Below, piece after piece: positions 29,401-38,805 of a stretch of DNA of 64,000 nt; within the stretch, counting starts at the first letter, position 1; every line of letters starts with the position of its first letter. Source of the stretch: Nitrospirales bacterium (lineage in GTDB: Bacteria; Nitrospirota; Nitrospiria; Nitrospirales; UBA8639). The notes under the pieces were generated by a model. It was not told where the DNA came from. It saw only the letters and a program-made list of their open reading frames with translations, and did not search any database. The position numbers and the translations under genes are program-made. The DNA is taken from the NCBI GenBank assembly GCA_963555755.3, contig OY820905.2:1312001-1376000 (forward strand), read 5' to 3'.

Positions 29401-29832
29401 TACGTCCACTGCGTCGCTGGTCAGAACAGCCGCTTGGTGTTTCAATCCTCGCCCACCTCGAAAGGTGGGCGCTACGTTGATCGATGTATGGATCGGCGGC
29501 AAAGAGGTTGTTTCAATCCTCGCCCACCTCGAAAGGTGGGCGCTACGCGAGGCGCCCTTGCACAGCATGGCAGTGTCGAGGTTTCAATCCTCGCCCACCT
29601 CGAAAGGTGGGCGCTACGTCGGCTCCTTGGCCGGCAGGTCTTTGGCAAAGAGTTTCAATCCTCGCCCACCTCGAAAGGTGGGCGCTACGTCACCGTCACC
29701 GTGCCGTTCTCGCTTGGTCGTTGGGTTTCAATCCTCGCCCACCTCGAAAGGTGGGCGCTACGCCCGCACTTGAAGCTCGTCGTAGTCTTAGGCATGTTTC
29801 AATCCTCGCCCACCTCGAAAGGTGGGCGCTAC
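26478..29832 (-). CRISPR. Type I-C CRISPR array, 48 repeats (2 degenerate) and 47 spacers
   Basis: 37-bp repeat GTAGCGCCCACCTTTCGAGGTGGGCGAGGATTGAAAC (minus strand); spacers mostly 33-36 bp; degenerate trailer repeat at 26478-26514; counted by hand. Confidence 0.98.
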
Positions 29833-30019
29833 AGTACTACGAAAAACATGATATTTTTCAATGAATTCCACGTCTTTTCCCGCGAACCAGTGCTCCCTAT
29901 TGGAGAAGACATCTAAACCTCCTTTCTTTCCTTTCTACAACCTATTGATATTGTGTTGTTTTTGTCATTTCGCGAACCTCCCAGGGTTTTCCCCACAACT
30001 TGGGGTTGGCGCTTCACGT
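29833..30019 (-). promoter_or_regulatory. CRISPR leader
   Basis: AT-rich non-coding stretch between cas2 and the first repeat, with two CGCGAACC motifs. Confidence 0.75.
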
Positions 30020-30310
30020 TTACAGGATCAACGGTTCATCAAAATCTATGGCCGTATCGATCCCATAGACTTGTAAAAATTGTTCTTTGGGTTGGGCCAA
30101 CCGATACACACGAAGACTGTCCTCCTGCTCGTTCATAATACCGACGAGACGCCGAGTCAGTTCCTCGAATTGCATGTCATTCACCGAACATTCAAACACC
30201 GACAGTTGCACGCGTTGCCCAAAATCCAAACAGACCTCGGCAATTTTTCGCAAGCGGCGTTTCCCCGCCAGAGTTTCCGTTGAGACATCATAGGTCACAA
30301 GAACATGCAT
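30020..30310 (-). CDS. cas2: Cas2
   Basis: VLVTYDV, RRLRKIA, GQRVQLSVFEC, DSLRVY. Confidence 0.96.
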   Translation of the reverse strand: MHVLVTYDVSTETLAGKRRLRKIAEVCLDFGQRVQLSVFECSVNDMQFEELTRRLVGIMNEQEDSLRVYRLAQPKEQFLQVYGIDTAIDFDEPLIL

Positions 30311-30313
30311 GGT

Positions 30314-31345
30314 TTATCGCAGATCAAAGGGCACGTAGGCCTCCATATCCCCGCGCAACACGCGTGCAAGCAAGCGTGCCTGCACGTGCGGGACAAGGCC
30401 AATGGGCATTTTCTGGTCCAACAACGGATGCGTCAACTCTTCTTGCTTTCTCTTTTGATACGCCACGATGACGGTCTTTCTGCCGTCGTCCTGAAGATGC
30501 ACCGCCCCACCCGGTCGCACGAGAAAATCATCTGCGCTGATTTGCCGCCGATTGATGAGCGTCAAGGCTAACCTATCCGCTACCGCACTGCGAAATTCCT
30601 CCATCAAGTCTAAAGCCAGAGCGGCCCGGCCAGGCCGTAGCGCATGGAGAAATCCTATTTGGGGATCCAGCCCAACCCCTTCGACAGCGGCCACGCAATC
30701 ATTCATCAGCAGCGCATACAAAAACGACAGGAGTGCATTGACCGGGTCCAACGGTGGACGACGATTGCGACCATTCATGGCAAACGTGTCGCGATCTTCA
30801 CGCACCAGTCGATCAAACGTGCCAAAGTATCCACGCGCCGCATCGCCCTCGATGCCACGCAACGTGTCGAGATCCTCACAGGAAGGGATTCGCCTAATGG
30901 AACTGGCTAAAGCCTCCGCCGTACCCCGCAGAGCCGATGCATCGGCTTTCCCCACAGCTTCCCGTGCCCCTCGCAACACCACCTGCCGCGCATTTTGGAT
31001 CTTGCCCGCGACCATATTCTTGGCGATGGCTACAGTCTGCTCCGGACTGGCGGCGGCTTCATGTTGGGCCCACCGTAGCAAAACATTTCCAGAGACCGGG
31101 CCTTCCACGCGAGCTTTAAAACGTCCGTTACGGTCCAGCCACACGATAGAGCGGCCTTCAGCCGCACATCGATGAATGACCGCCGCACTCATCATGACAT
31201 CGCCAAAACAGACTACACTGCCAAGATGGTGCATTGGCACGTGAAGTTTCGTTTCTTTCTCCACCATCACCTTCAATGTTTCATGATCCGCGCGGATGTA
31301 GGCCCCTTCGGTCGTGACGTACAACGTGTTGAGCAATTGATGCAT
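30314..31345 (-). CDS. cas1: Cas1, type I-C
   Basis: LLNTLYVTT, RGIEG, RNRRPPLDPVNALLSF, GFLH, LALDLMEEFR. Confidence 0.97.
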   Translation of the reverse strand: MHQLLNTLYVTTEGAYIRADHETLKVMVEKETKLHVPMHHLGSVVCFGDVMMSAAVIHRCAAEGRSIVWLDRNGRFKARVEGPVSGNVLLRWAQHEAAASPEQTVAIAKNMVAGKIQNARQVVLRGAREAVGKADASALRGTAEALASSIRRIPSCEDLDTLRGIEGDAARGYFGTFDRLVREDRDTFAMNGRNRRPPLDPVNALLSFLYALLMNDCVAAVEGVGLDPQIGFLHALRPGRAALALDLMEEFRSAVADRLALTLINRRQISADDFLVRPGGAVHLQDDGRKTVIVAYQKRKQEELTHPLLDQKMPIGLVPHVQARLLARVLRGDMEAYVPFDLR

Positions 31346-31349
31346 ACGG

Positions 31350-31982
31350 TTACCCTTCCGAATCGGAGACGTCGAACAACTTAGCCAACAGACGGCTCTC
31401 CATTGCGTGTTGGTCAATAACTCCTGGCATGCACGACTCTTTGAGCGAACACTTGTCGCATCGTTGATCGTTCACCGGAGGTGGAAGGGTCTTGGCATTC
31501 AGCATCGTCCGAATAGAGACCACCACCTGCGCGACATACTCTCGAAGTGACTCGTCAAAGACCACCTCACGCCGTCGTCGAGATTTATGATGATAAATCG
31601 CACCACGCGGGACGGATTGCCCGGTCATCTCCTCTAAACACAACGCCTGGGCACAAAGCTGAACATCATCATGTTCCCACTGACGCCGAGGGCCGGATTT
31701 ATATTCCACGGGGTAGGGGGTTTCCCCATGAAATTCGACGACATCCGCTTTCCCAACCAACCCAAGTCGCTTCGACCAAAGCGGCAACGCCCGTTCAATC
31801 CGCACCCCATGCTGTACTTCAGTTTCGACTTCATCAACAATCTTGTGCATCGCTTGCCCACGCATAGTGTAGAGGTTTTCTTCATACGTCTGATCGACGT
31901 GAATCAACCCACACTGCCGCGGGCAGTAACTCCAATGCTCCAGAGCGGAGATCATGATGAGGTCATCTGGTTCGTTATCCAA
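31350..31982 (-). CDS. cas4: Cas4
   Basis: YCPRQ, GKADVVE, PVEYK, QLCAQALCLEEM, CDKCSLKESC. Confidence 0.96.
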   Translation of the reverse strand: MDNEPDDLIMISALEHWSYCPRQCGLIHVDQTYEENLYTMRGQAMHKIVDEVETEVQHGVRIERALPLWSKRLGLVGKADVVEFHGETPYPVEYKSGPRRQWEHDDVQLCAQALCLEEMTGQSVPRGAIYHHKSRRRREVVFDESLREYVAQVVVSIRTMLNAKTLPPPVNDQRCDKCSLKESCMPGVIDQHAMESRLLAKLFDVSDSEG

Positions 31983-32005
31983 AGTAGACTAGCTCACCTT
32001 TTCCA

Positions 32006-32890
32006 TTAAAACCCATCAATGACCTCGGGCGTGAGCCCATCAAGGTCATTAAATTCAATACTGCCATTGGGGTCAACAGTCAGTGTCCGGTGAACCTTAG
32101 CGGAGGAATACTGCCCCGCTTTACAGTTGTGCTGCCACCAAACCACTTTTAGCACTTCCATGCTTCCTTCCGGTCTGGCAGACGAAGCATCATTTTCGAA
32201 CATTTTAGGTAGAACCTTTTTAATTACCTCGGCATCTGTGTCACTAAATCCGGTCCTTTCCGCCAACTGTGGGTTCATAGAACCAAAAAAGACGTAAACA
32301 CCTTGATCCACGCGATGTTTGATACCCATTGTGTCGGAACTTTTCTTGCCGTCTTTGGTGTCTTCGCCGCTTACACTTTTGGTGATCTGGGTACTAGTAA
32401 CCTCGATAGGTTGCACGCTAAAAGCGGACTGCACGGTAACCGGGCCGCGAATGCCAATGGAGATGCCAGTATCGCCCTCATTCTCTTCGCCTTTCTTGGC
32501 CTTTTTTCCGCCTTTCAGCGCGAAAAGTTGCCCGAAAGTACGTACATCCAGCCATTTCTTGCACGCCAATTCGACAGTTTCGGCTGAGCCAAGCTTGTTG
32601 CCCAAGCCAGCTTCGGCACGCGCCCTGAGACTTTTGTATTCGTCCTCTTTCCGGTCATCTGACTGTACAAAGATCATGTCCCCATCGTCCGCTCTCTTGC
32701 CATCGGCAACCCATTTTTCCAGGAGCCGATCCCTGATTTTTCGCTTATTACAAACATCAGTCATTTCCCCATAGTTGTCGTAGTCGGTGCGAGGGCGATT
32801 TCCATTAAGTGGGTCACCATTTGGATTGGCCCGCTTGACGTGCAATACAACGGCAAAATCGATCTTGTTTTCCAGAGTGGTCATCTTCAT
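32006..32890 (-). CDS. cas7: Cas7/Csd2
   Basis: ANPNGDPLNGNRPR, DVRTFG, IRGPV, TMGIKHRV. Confidence 0.95.
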   Translation of the reverse strand: MKMTTLENKIDFAVVLHVKRANPNGDPLNGNRPRTDYDNYGEMTDVCNKRKIRDRLLEKWVADGKRADDGDMIFVQSDDRKEDEYKSLRARAEAGLGNKLGSAETVELACKKWLDVRTFGQLFALKGGKKAKKGEENEGDTGISIGIRGPVTVQSAFSVQPIEVTSTQITKSVSGEDTKDGKKSSDTMGIKHRVDQGVYVFFGSMNPQLAERTGFSDTDAEVIKKVLPKMFENDASSARPEGSMEVLKVVWWQHNCKAGQYSSAKVHRTLTVDPNGSIEFNDLDGLTPEVIDGF

Positions 32891-34803
32891 TCTCCTTGAT
32901 TGGTTTGGTTCTCGGTGGTGTCTTCAGCCGTATCCGATTCATACTTTGGCCATAGGGCTTGCCTTTGACAGTGGTATCCCAGTAGGAACTCGCCGGAAAG
33001 TCTTGTCTCGCTCATGAAATCCTGACCACTGAAAGCACAAACAATTTCATCGGTTAGCTTTTCCATCTCGATCAAAAAGGCTGGGCGCTTGGAACGGAGG
33101 CGGCTCTTATAGGGGGCCAGTGAAAGTTCGATGGTTCGCCACGTTGAACAGGGATGATCGGAGAAACGCTGCATGAGCTTGGCTGCCGTGGTGTCCCGTT
33201 TCTCTCCAGCCACAAACAAGGCTCTGCTTTCAAGATGATCTGCCACTGCTAAGAGTCGTCCGTAGAGATAATCACGCGAGGTTCTGCCCTGCTCTAATGC
33301 CATTTGGTAACTCCTTTGTTTGTGGTACCCCCTGAACAAGGCGCAGGCAATGCCCAGGTTTTTTTCCCATTCCCATTTTTTGAGCCCCGATCGATTGGCC
33401 GTTCTGTGCACTGTGGATTCCACGAGGTCTCGTGGGATAGGTCGCCCATCAATGATGCAGGGGAGCAGCCGTTCCACCGTGGCCTTGCGGAGCTTCTCGC
33501 CCCCCTTGCCTTCCACTTGCCGACCATAGGCAGCTTCGGCGATGTCTCTGGGCGAGGGAGCACCTACGAACTTTAAGTCCCTGCTAAAGTTCTGATGCCA
33601 AGCACAGGACTCGTGCCATAGCTGAATGTGTTCAAGGAATTCCGATCCGGTCAGTTCCCGGTAATAGGTGATGGCCATACGTCCGGGCGTGGCTGAGTCC
33701 AGCGCCATGACCACGATTTCATCTGTCGCACCGAGGCGGGCGCGATAGCCGGCAATATACTTCCTCAGTCTGCCGGCAAAATTCTGACCAGCATCTCCTT
33801 GATATGCGGATGCTGAATCTTCCTCTTTGGATTCCAGGCCAAACATCTGGGCGGAGTTGGCAAACGGGTCGAGCAATGCTTTGCCGGATACCGTCCATGC
33901 CACGACAACTTGATCTCCGTTCCGAAATGCTTGTTTCCGATTTTTATCAAGCAGCCAGCGTAAGGCATTGTGGGCTTTCTGTGTCACCTCGAACCCAACG
34001 CCTAAAGCCTGATCCGCGTTGGTGAAGCGGCCAAGAAATGTAAACCCGCTAAGATCATTGGATGAAATCAATTTGGCACTGTCACCACCATACCGGAGCC
34101 GCTTTGGATGACTTTGAGCCAAGACCCTTGTCTTACCAGTCACCATGCAAAAACCCTCTTCTTGGTTCTGACTGGCATCGAAACTGATCCATGCGTCCTT
34201 TAAGCTTTGGTCTTCCCAGGTTTCTGGAATGAGGTCCCCCGGCTTTTCCACGCGCCAGCGGATAAAAGCATCACCTTGATCACGTTCTCCCTCCTTCGCG
34301 GTCAGGTGCTTGAATATCTCGGGTGCTGGCTGATCTGATTTCGGGGTGGTTGGGAGAACATTGTCATTATCAACGTGAAGAACCTTCTCTCGGACGAGAT
34401 CGGCCACGACAGTTCCCTTGCGGACATATTCAAGGACTGCCCTGACTTTAGGGTGGGAGAAGCTGGATTCGGCCCAGCTTGTGAGCTGCTCGGTATAACC
34501 GGGGTAGTAGGATTTTTTCTTGCCGCCATGTTTCGGATAGTCTGCGCCACAATATTGAACCTTGTCGCATAGAGGATGTGGTGCTTCACCGCTTGTCCTT
34601 GCTGCGGATTTCTCCGTGGCAGGCAGCGTTATTTCGATTTTCGGAACAATCTTGGCGCGCCGAAAGTTTCCATTTTCGTCTAAAGTGATCTCAACATGTG
34701 CTTGCTGGATCGTATGGCTGATGGGCAGCAGAGAAGGGTTGGCAAACTGCGGCGCACCGTAGCATTGCTCGTAGGTGTCATAGAGTTTTTGAATCCAGCT
34801 CAT
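32887..34803 (-). CDS. cas8c: Cas8c/Csd1
   Basis: MSWIQKLYDTY, PHPLCDK, AKLISSND, RDYLYGRLLA, FLLGYHCQ. Confidence 0.95.
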   Translation of the reverse strand: MSWIQKLYDTYEQCYGAPQFANPSLLPISHTIQQAHVEITLDENGNFRRAKIVPKIEITLPATEKSAARTSGEAPHPLCDKVQYCGADYPKHGGKKKSYYPGYTEQLTSWAESSFSHPKVRAVLEYVRKGTVVADLVREKVLHVDNDNVLPTTPKSDQPAPEIFKHLTAKEGERDQGDAFIRWRVEKPGDLIPETWEDQSLKDAWISFDASQNQEEGFCMVTGKTRVLAQSHPKRLRYGGDSAKLISSNDLSGFTFLGRFTNADQALGVGFEVTQKAHNALRWLLDKNRKQAFRNGDQVVVAWTVSGKALLDPFANSAQMFGLESKEEDSASAYQGDAGQNFAGRLRKYIAGYRARLGATDEIVVMALDSATPGRMAITYYRELTGSEFLEHIQLWHESCAWHQNFSRDLKFVGAPSPRDIAEAAYGRQVEGKGGEKLRKATVERLLPCIIDGRPIPRDLVESTVHRTANRSGLKKWEWEKNLGIACALFRGYHKQRSYQMALEQGRTSRDYLYGRLLAVADHLESRALFVAGEKRDTTAAKLMQRFSDHPCSTWRTIELSLAPYKSRLRSKRPAFLIEMEKLTDEIVCAFSGQDFMSETRLSGEFLLGYHCQRQALWPKYESDTAEDTTENQTNQGE

Positions 34804-34804
34804 T

Positions 34805-35527
34805 TCAGCACCCTAACCCTATGGCTTCGGCCTCAACGTTGACGAAATTACGCCCCGGGAGGAACTGTTTGGGATACATCTGTCTAATGAACTTTCGGAT
34901 ATCGCACTGTTCCGGGCGGTCAAATTTTACAACTCCATTAACCATCTTGGGACGGCAGAACCGTGCCTCAAGTTTGTTCTCTCCGGTTTCGTCCGGGTAG
35001 TCGAATCCGTGAAACATAAGACCATATGCGAGTTCAGGGGCATCGTCGTAGACACCTGCACCTGAACCGAATTCGCAAGGCTCGGCATAGCCCTGACAAT
35101 CACGAGTACCCAGAAATATATCTTGGCGTCCTCCACGCTCCAACATCCGCTTAGCGATAATGTGATGTTTGGATTCATTCCTGTCATCGGCCAGCTCCGG
35201 GCGATGTTCGTTCCACTCAAAATGGGCACGTACTTGATATTCAACATCAGCCAGAAAAGTGTAGATGGCCAAGGTATTGCCACCTCCGAATTCCAATGGT
35301 TTTGTGCCTTTCGTCTGTGTGCGAATGCGCTTCATTACCCGCACTTCGTCAATCACCCAGATGAACGTTGGTTTCCAGTAGATGGACTTCGCAATTCCTT
35401 TCAGTGCCTCGTAGGTCGGGATGTGATAGGAACACTTCTCACCGCCGATCTTTGTCAGTGGGTCCGTAAACAGTGCAAAGCGTCCCCATACTTTGAATTC
35501 AATGCTGCTGTTGAGTGCGTCATGCAT
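34805..35527 (-). CDS. cas5c: Cas5c/Cas5d
   Basis: ALFTDPLTKIGGEKCSYHIPTYEALKGI, IYWKP, FLGTRDC. Confidence 0.95.
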   Translation of the reverse strand: MHDALNSSIEFKVWGRFALFTDPLTKIGGEKCSYHIPTYEALKGIAKSIYWKPTFIWVIDEVRVMKRIRTQTKGTKPLEFGGGNTLAIYTFLADVEYQVRAHFEWNEHRPELADDRNESKHHIIAKRMLERGGRQDIFLGTRDCQGYAEPCEFGSGAGVYDDAPELAYGLMFHGFDYPDETGENKLEARFCRPKMVNGVVKFDRPEQCDIRKFIRQMYPKQFLPGRNFVNVEAEAIGLGC

Positions 35528-38006
35528 TTAGCACCTCCATAGGTCCCTCAGGGGTTTGGCTGAGGCCGAAGTCTGGACTGTAATATCGGGAATCAGATAG
35601 ATAGAGGATATCTATCCCCTCTTGAATTGCGTGCACAGCGTGCTGCTCCTGTAACTGTTTCAGGACGTGTGGAAATACATTGACTGTATACTGCTGTGCC
35701 TTGCGTAATAGAATAGGCTGTTTTTCAATCTCGGATGCCGCACACAGTTTGCTGATGAGGTCCTTTCCTTCCTTGCCATAGAGAACAATGACGCCCCGTG
35801 TCGGCGCATCGATCGCCTTGAACGCCTTTGCAGCGGACATGAAGGATTGGCGCAAGTAGATGTTTGGGGCAGTTCCATTGCCGCGTTCGAACTCTCTCAC
35901 CGCGGTCGGATTGACAGACAACAGATCTAGCAACGTGTCTTCACGGCCGACTGCCTTCGCGGAAATGGGATAGCTCATCTCATTCCGCCTGGCAAAGAAA
36001 TAGTAGTCGAAATACCGCTCCATCGCTTTCGGGCCAAGTAGGTTCCCATCGAATTCCCATTCTCCCGCTATCGCCTCGTCTAAGAGCCGTTCAGTGACAT
36101 CTCTACCGCATCGAATATCTTTCAGCCTATCCAGGCTCTCGTCAGATGGATTGACAACATGGACCCGCCCGATTTCCCGAAGCTTGTTGCGATTGCACCG
36201 CCCGGCAGCCTGGGCAACGGAATCCAGTCCAGCGGTGAATCGAATGACCGAGCCGAAATCCACGTCCACGCCAGCTTCTATCAATTGCGTACTGATGCAT
36301 ATCACCGGCGAACCAGGAGAGACCAACAGTTTCCGTATCCGGTCAAGAATTTCTTTTCGGTGAGCAGGACACATGTTGGTGCTGAGATGGCAGATTGGGA
36401 CTTCCGTCTTTTCCCGACAGATCTTGAAAATAGCCTGCGCTGATTTCTTCGTGTTCACAATTACGAGGCAGCTTCCACTCTTGCCCACTTCTTCTAAAAT
36501 AAGATCTACAATTTCTTCACTGGCCCAACCTCCGGGTTTGCGGCGATTCAACACTTCAACTCGTTTCAAGTCATCAAAAACCTGCTTCACGTCAGGCATG
36601 ATTTCGTTCTCTTCCGCAAACCGCAGCGCGCCTTTGCTCTTGTCAACTCGATTCAGACGCGGTTGAGTCGCCGTGCAGAGCACGGCTGTGCTCCCGCAAT
36701 GTTCAACGAGAAAATTAATCGCATTGTTGAACAGGTGGACGCAATTGACGGGAATAGTCTGAATTTCGTCAAAGACAAGCACCGCATTTGCCAATTGATG
36801 CATTCGTCTCGCACCACGCGTCCCGTAACCGAAGAGCGCCTCAAGAAGCTGTACGCTCGTTGTGAATATCACCGGAGCATCCCAATTCTCAGTCAACATT
36901 TTTTCTTGCCAGCCTTGTTCTTCGGGGGTGAGGTTCGAATGATGCTCCAATACGATGCGACCGCGTTCCTCTTCCGACTGTTCGAGGATGTCGCGCACTA
37001 CCTGGGCATTCTGATCGATAATCGTTGTAAATGGGACGATATAGATGATCCGATGCATCTCCCACTTCTTCGCATGGTGCAAGGCGAAACGGACACTGGC
37101 GAGCGTTTTGCCGCCACCGGTCGGTACGGTTAGCGTATAGATACCCTTAGGGGCAGAAGCCTTCTCTCTACAATGATTGGAGACTTTCTGCCTGATTGCA
37201 TCAATCGGGTTTCGACTTCCAAACTTTTGCAATTCTTGCTCAAGGCGCTCGATGAGCGAATTCCAGTTAGGATATTGTCCCCTGGGTCGCTTTTTGGCGG
37301 CATTTGGATATTCAAAATCGGTCGTATTGATACGGTCAGCATCGATCAGACAACTAAATAAAAATCGAGCGAGAAGTCCGATCTTAAACCGAGCGACCAG
37401 GCTTTGGTTTGTACCGCCCTCACGAAGCGCAATCTGACGAATTGATTCCTTGAGACCGTCAATCAATCCCGATTTGCCCACTAGCTCGCCAAATCGCTTT
37501 GTAATTGAAGGATCCATTTTTTTTACGGCTTCGGAGAGGTGAGTCTTGGAATCTGACTTACTAATTCGTCGCGAAAAGTTGTCATCGACTGGACGGTTGG
37601 CGCCCGATGACAGGCAATCAATCAGGCCGGAATGGTGTGATGCGATACACAAGGCCAAAATCTGGCCAACAATTTTCCCCATACCCCCTCGCTCAGACAG
37701 ATTCTCCCAAATAAGTTGTGCCCCTGCCGTGGAATGATCCACTTTGCCTTTGAGTCCTTGTGCATCGACGAAGTCCTCATCTTCATCTTGGTTGATTAGC
37801 CCCACAGCAGATTTGAGATAGCCTTGAAACTCCTTGCTATATTTTCCTAAATCGTGAAGTAGCCCAATAAGCTCACCTTGTTCCTTCAGACCAATTTTTC
37901 CAGCAAGCGCTTGGGAAATAGCGGCGACCCCAAGTAAATGATTCTCAAGGCTTTGTTGGGCTTTATCAGATTTTCGCTGATGAGCAATGTAAAAAGGCTC
38001 ATCCAT
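35520..38006 (-). CDS. cas3: Cas3 HD nuclease-helicase
   Basis: LLHDLGK, SHHSGL, LIDAD, PTGGGKT, DEIQ, TAT, QAAGRCNR; ATG 38006 is 1 nt after the vapC stop. Confidence 0.96.
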   Translation of the reverse strand: MDEPFYIAHQRKSDKAQQSLENHLLGVAAISQALAGKIGLKEQGELIGLLHDLGKYSKEFQGYLKSAVGLINQDEDEDFVDAQGLKGKVDHSTAGAQLIWENLSERGGMGKIVGQILALCIASHHSGLIDCLSSGANRPVDDNFSRRISKSDSKTHLSEAVKKMDPSITKRFGELVGKSGLIDGLKESIRQIALREGGTNQSLVARFKIGLLARFLFSCLIDADRINTTDFEYPNAAKKRPRGQYPNWNSLIERLEQELQKFGSRNPIDAIRQKVSNHCREKASAPKGIYTLTVPTGGGKTLASVRFALHHAKKWEMHRIIYIVPFTTIIDQNAQVVRDILEQSEEERGRIVLEHHSNLTPEEQGWQEKMLTENWDAPVIFTTSVQLLEALFGYGTRGARRMHQLANAVLVFDEIQTIPVNCVHLFNNAINFLVEHCGSTAVLCTATQPRLNRVDKSKGALRFAEENEIMPDVKQVFDDLKRVEVLNRRKPGGWASEEIVDLILEEVGKSGSCLVIVNTKKSAQAIFKICREKTEVPICHLSTNMCPAHRKEILDRIRKLLVSPGSPVICISTQLIEAGVDVDFGSVIRFTAGLDSVAQAAGRCNRNKLREIGRVHVVNPSDESLDRLKDIRCGRDVTERLLDEAIAGEWEFDGNLLGPKAMERYFDYYFFARRNEMSYPISAKAVGREDTLLDLLSVNPTAVREFERGNGTAPNIYLRQSFMSAAKAFKAIDAPTRGVIVLYGKEGKDLISKLCAASEIEKQPILLRKAQQYTVNVFPHVLKQLQEQHAVHAIQEGIDILYLSDSRYYSPDFGLSQTPEGPMEVLNA

Positions 38007-38007
38007 G

Positions 38008-38454
38008 TTACTCAAAAGCCAAGTCTTTTAAATGAATTACAATACTATGCCCCTTCATTTTGCGAAGTAGGGCAGTATCCGCGGTGACACATGGGAATCC
38101 TAAAATCTCGGCCAGGGCGACGTAGACGGCGTCGTACCAAGTGAGGTTGTATGCCCACGCAATGGCATTGGTTTTACGCAGCACCGGGAGGGCATGTTGT
38201 TCGACTTGGATATCCAGGTCGGCGAGTGTCGTGAGCACTTGGGCTAACTCATCTTCCGTGCCCTTTCGACCGGCTTTGATGGCGTTGGGCACTTCCAGGA
38301 GAAACAACTCGGGCACGATCATTCGTGTTTTGCCTTCAACATGATGTCGCCGAATGGCCAAGGCCACGTCCCGATCAGCTTCGCCTTCCCGGATAAACCA
38401 TTTCACTCCCACTGAGGCATCCACCACGTAGCTGGCATGATAGGCAGGAATCAT
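38008..38454 (-). CDS. vapC: VapC-family PIN toxin
   Basis: VVDASVGVKW, LEVPNA, YDAVYVALA, VTADTAL. Confidence 0.9.
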   Translation of the reverse strand: MIPAYHASYVVDASVGVKWFIREGEADRDVALAIRRHHVEGKTRMIVPELFLLEVPNAIKAGRKGTEDELAQVLTTLADLDIQVEQHALPVLRKTNAIAWAYNLTWYDAVYVALAEILGFPCVTADTALLRKMKGHSIVIHLKDLAFE

Positions 38455-38723
38455 CGCTTTACCCCGGTCCTCTGGTCACGAAACTGACGGATGGTTCCCA
38501 CGCCATCCCACTTGCCGAACTTGTCTGCTAGTTTGTCCATGTTCGTGGCGGCTTTTTCCATCCGTTGTTTCCGTTCGCCGGCTTCTTTTTCCATCCTCCG
38601 CGCTTCCAGATAACGATGGGCCGCTTTTTGCAGCAACCCACTTCGACTGAGGTTTTCTTCTTCCGCTGCTTGATCAACTTCTTTTAAGATCTCTTCTTGA
38701 ATCATGATATTTACGCGAGCCAT
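38451..38723 (-). CDS. RHH/CopG-family antitoxin (VapB-like)
   Basis: MARVNIMI..EILKEVDQAA..LSRSGLL; GGAGGT RBS; ATGA overlap with vapC. Confidence 0.85.
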   Translation of the reverse strand: MARVNIMIQEEILKEVDQAAEEENLSRSGLLQKAAHRYLEARRMEKEAGERKQRMEKAATNMDKLADKFGKWDGVGTIRQFRDQRTGVKR

Positions 38724-38745
38724 AAACACCTCCAATGGTACAATT

Positions 38746-38780
38746 TTACACATTTTACTGTGTAATTTTTAACAAATCAA
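38746..38780 (-). promoter_or_regulatory. Promoter and palindromic operator of the vapBC-cas operon
   Basis: Minus strand TTGATT-N17-TAAAAT; TTACACA-N6-TGTGTAA (38746-38765) overlaps the -10. Confidence 0.65.
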
Positions 38781-38805
38781 GTGTGTATTAATTTGAATAA
38801 AATAA

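Noticed and set aside
26574..29916. Many ORFs with FQSSPTSKGGRY, VSILAHLERWAL or FNPRPPRKVGAT repeats
   Set aside because: Translations of the CRISPR repeat.
30020..38800. CreTA-like mini-array or self-targeting spacer
   Set aside because: No room or degenerate repeat between cas genes; no spacer match seen by eye, not exhaustively tested.
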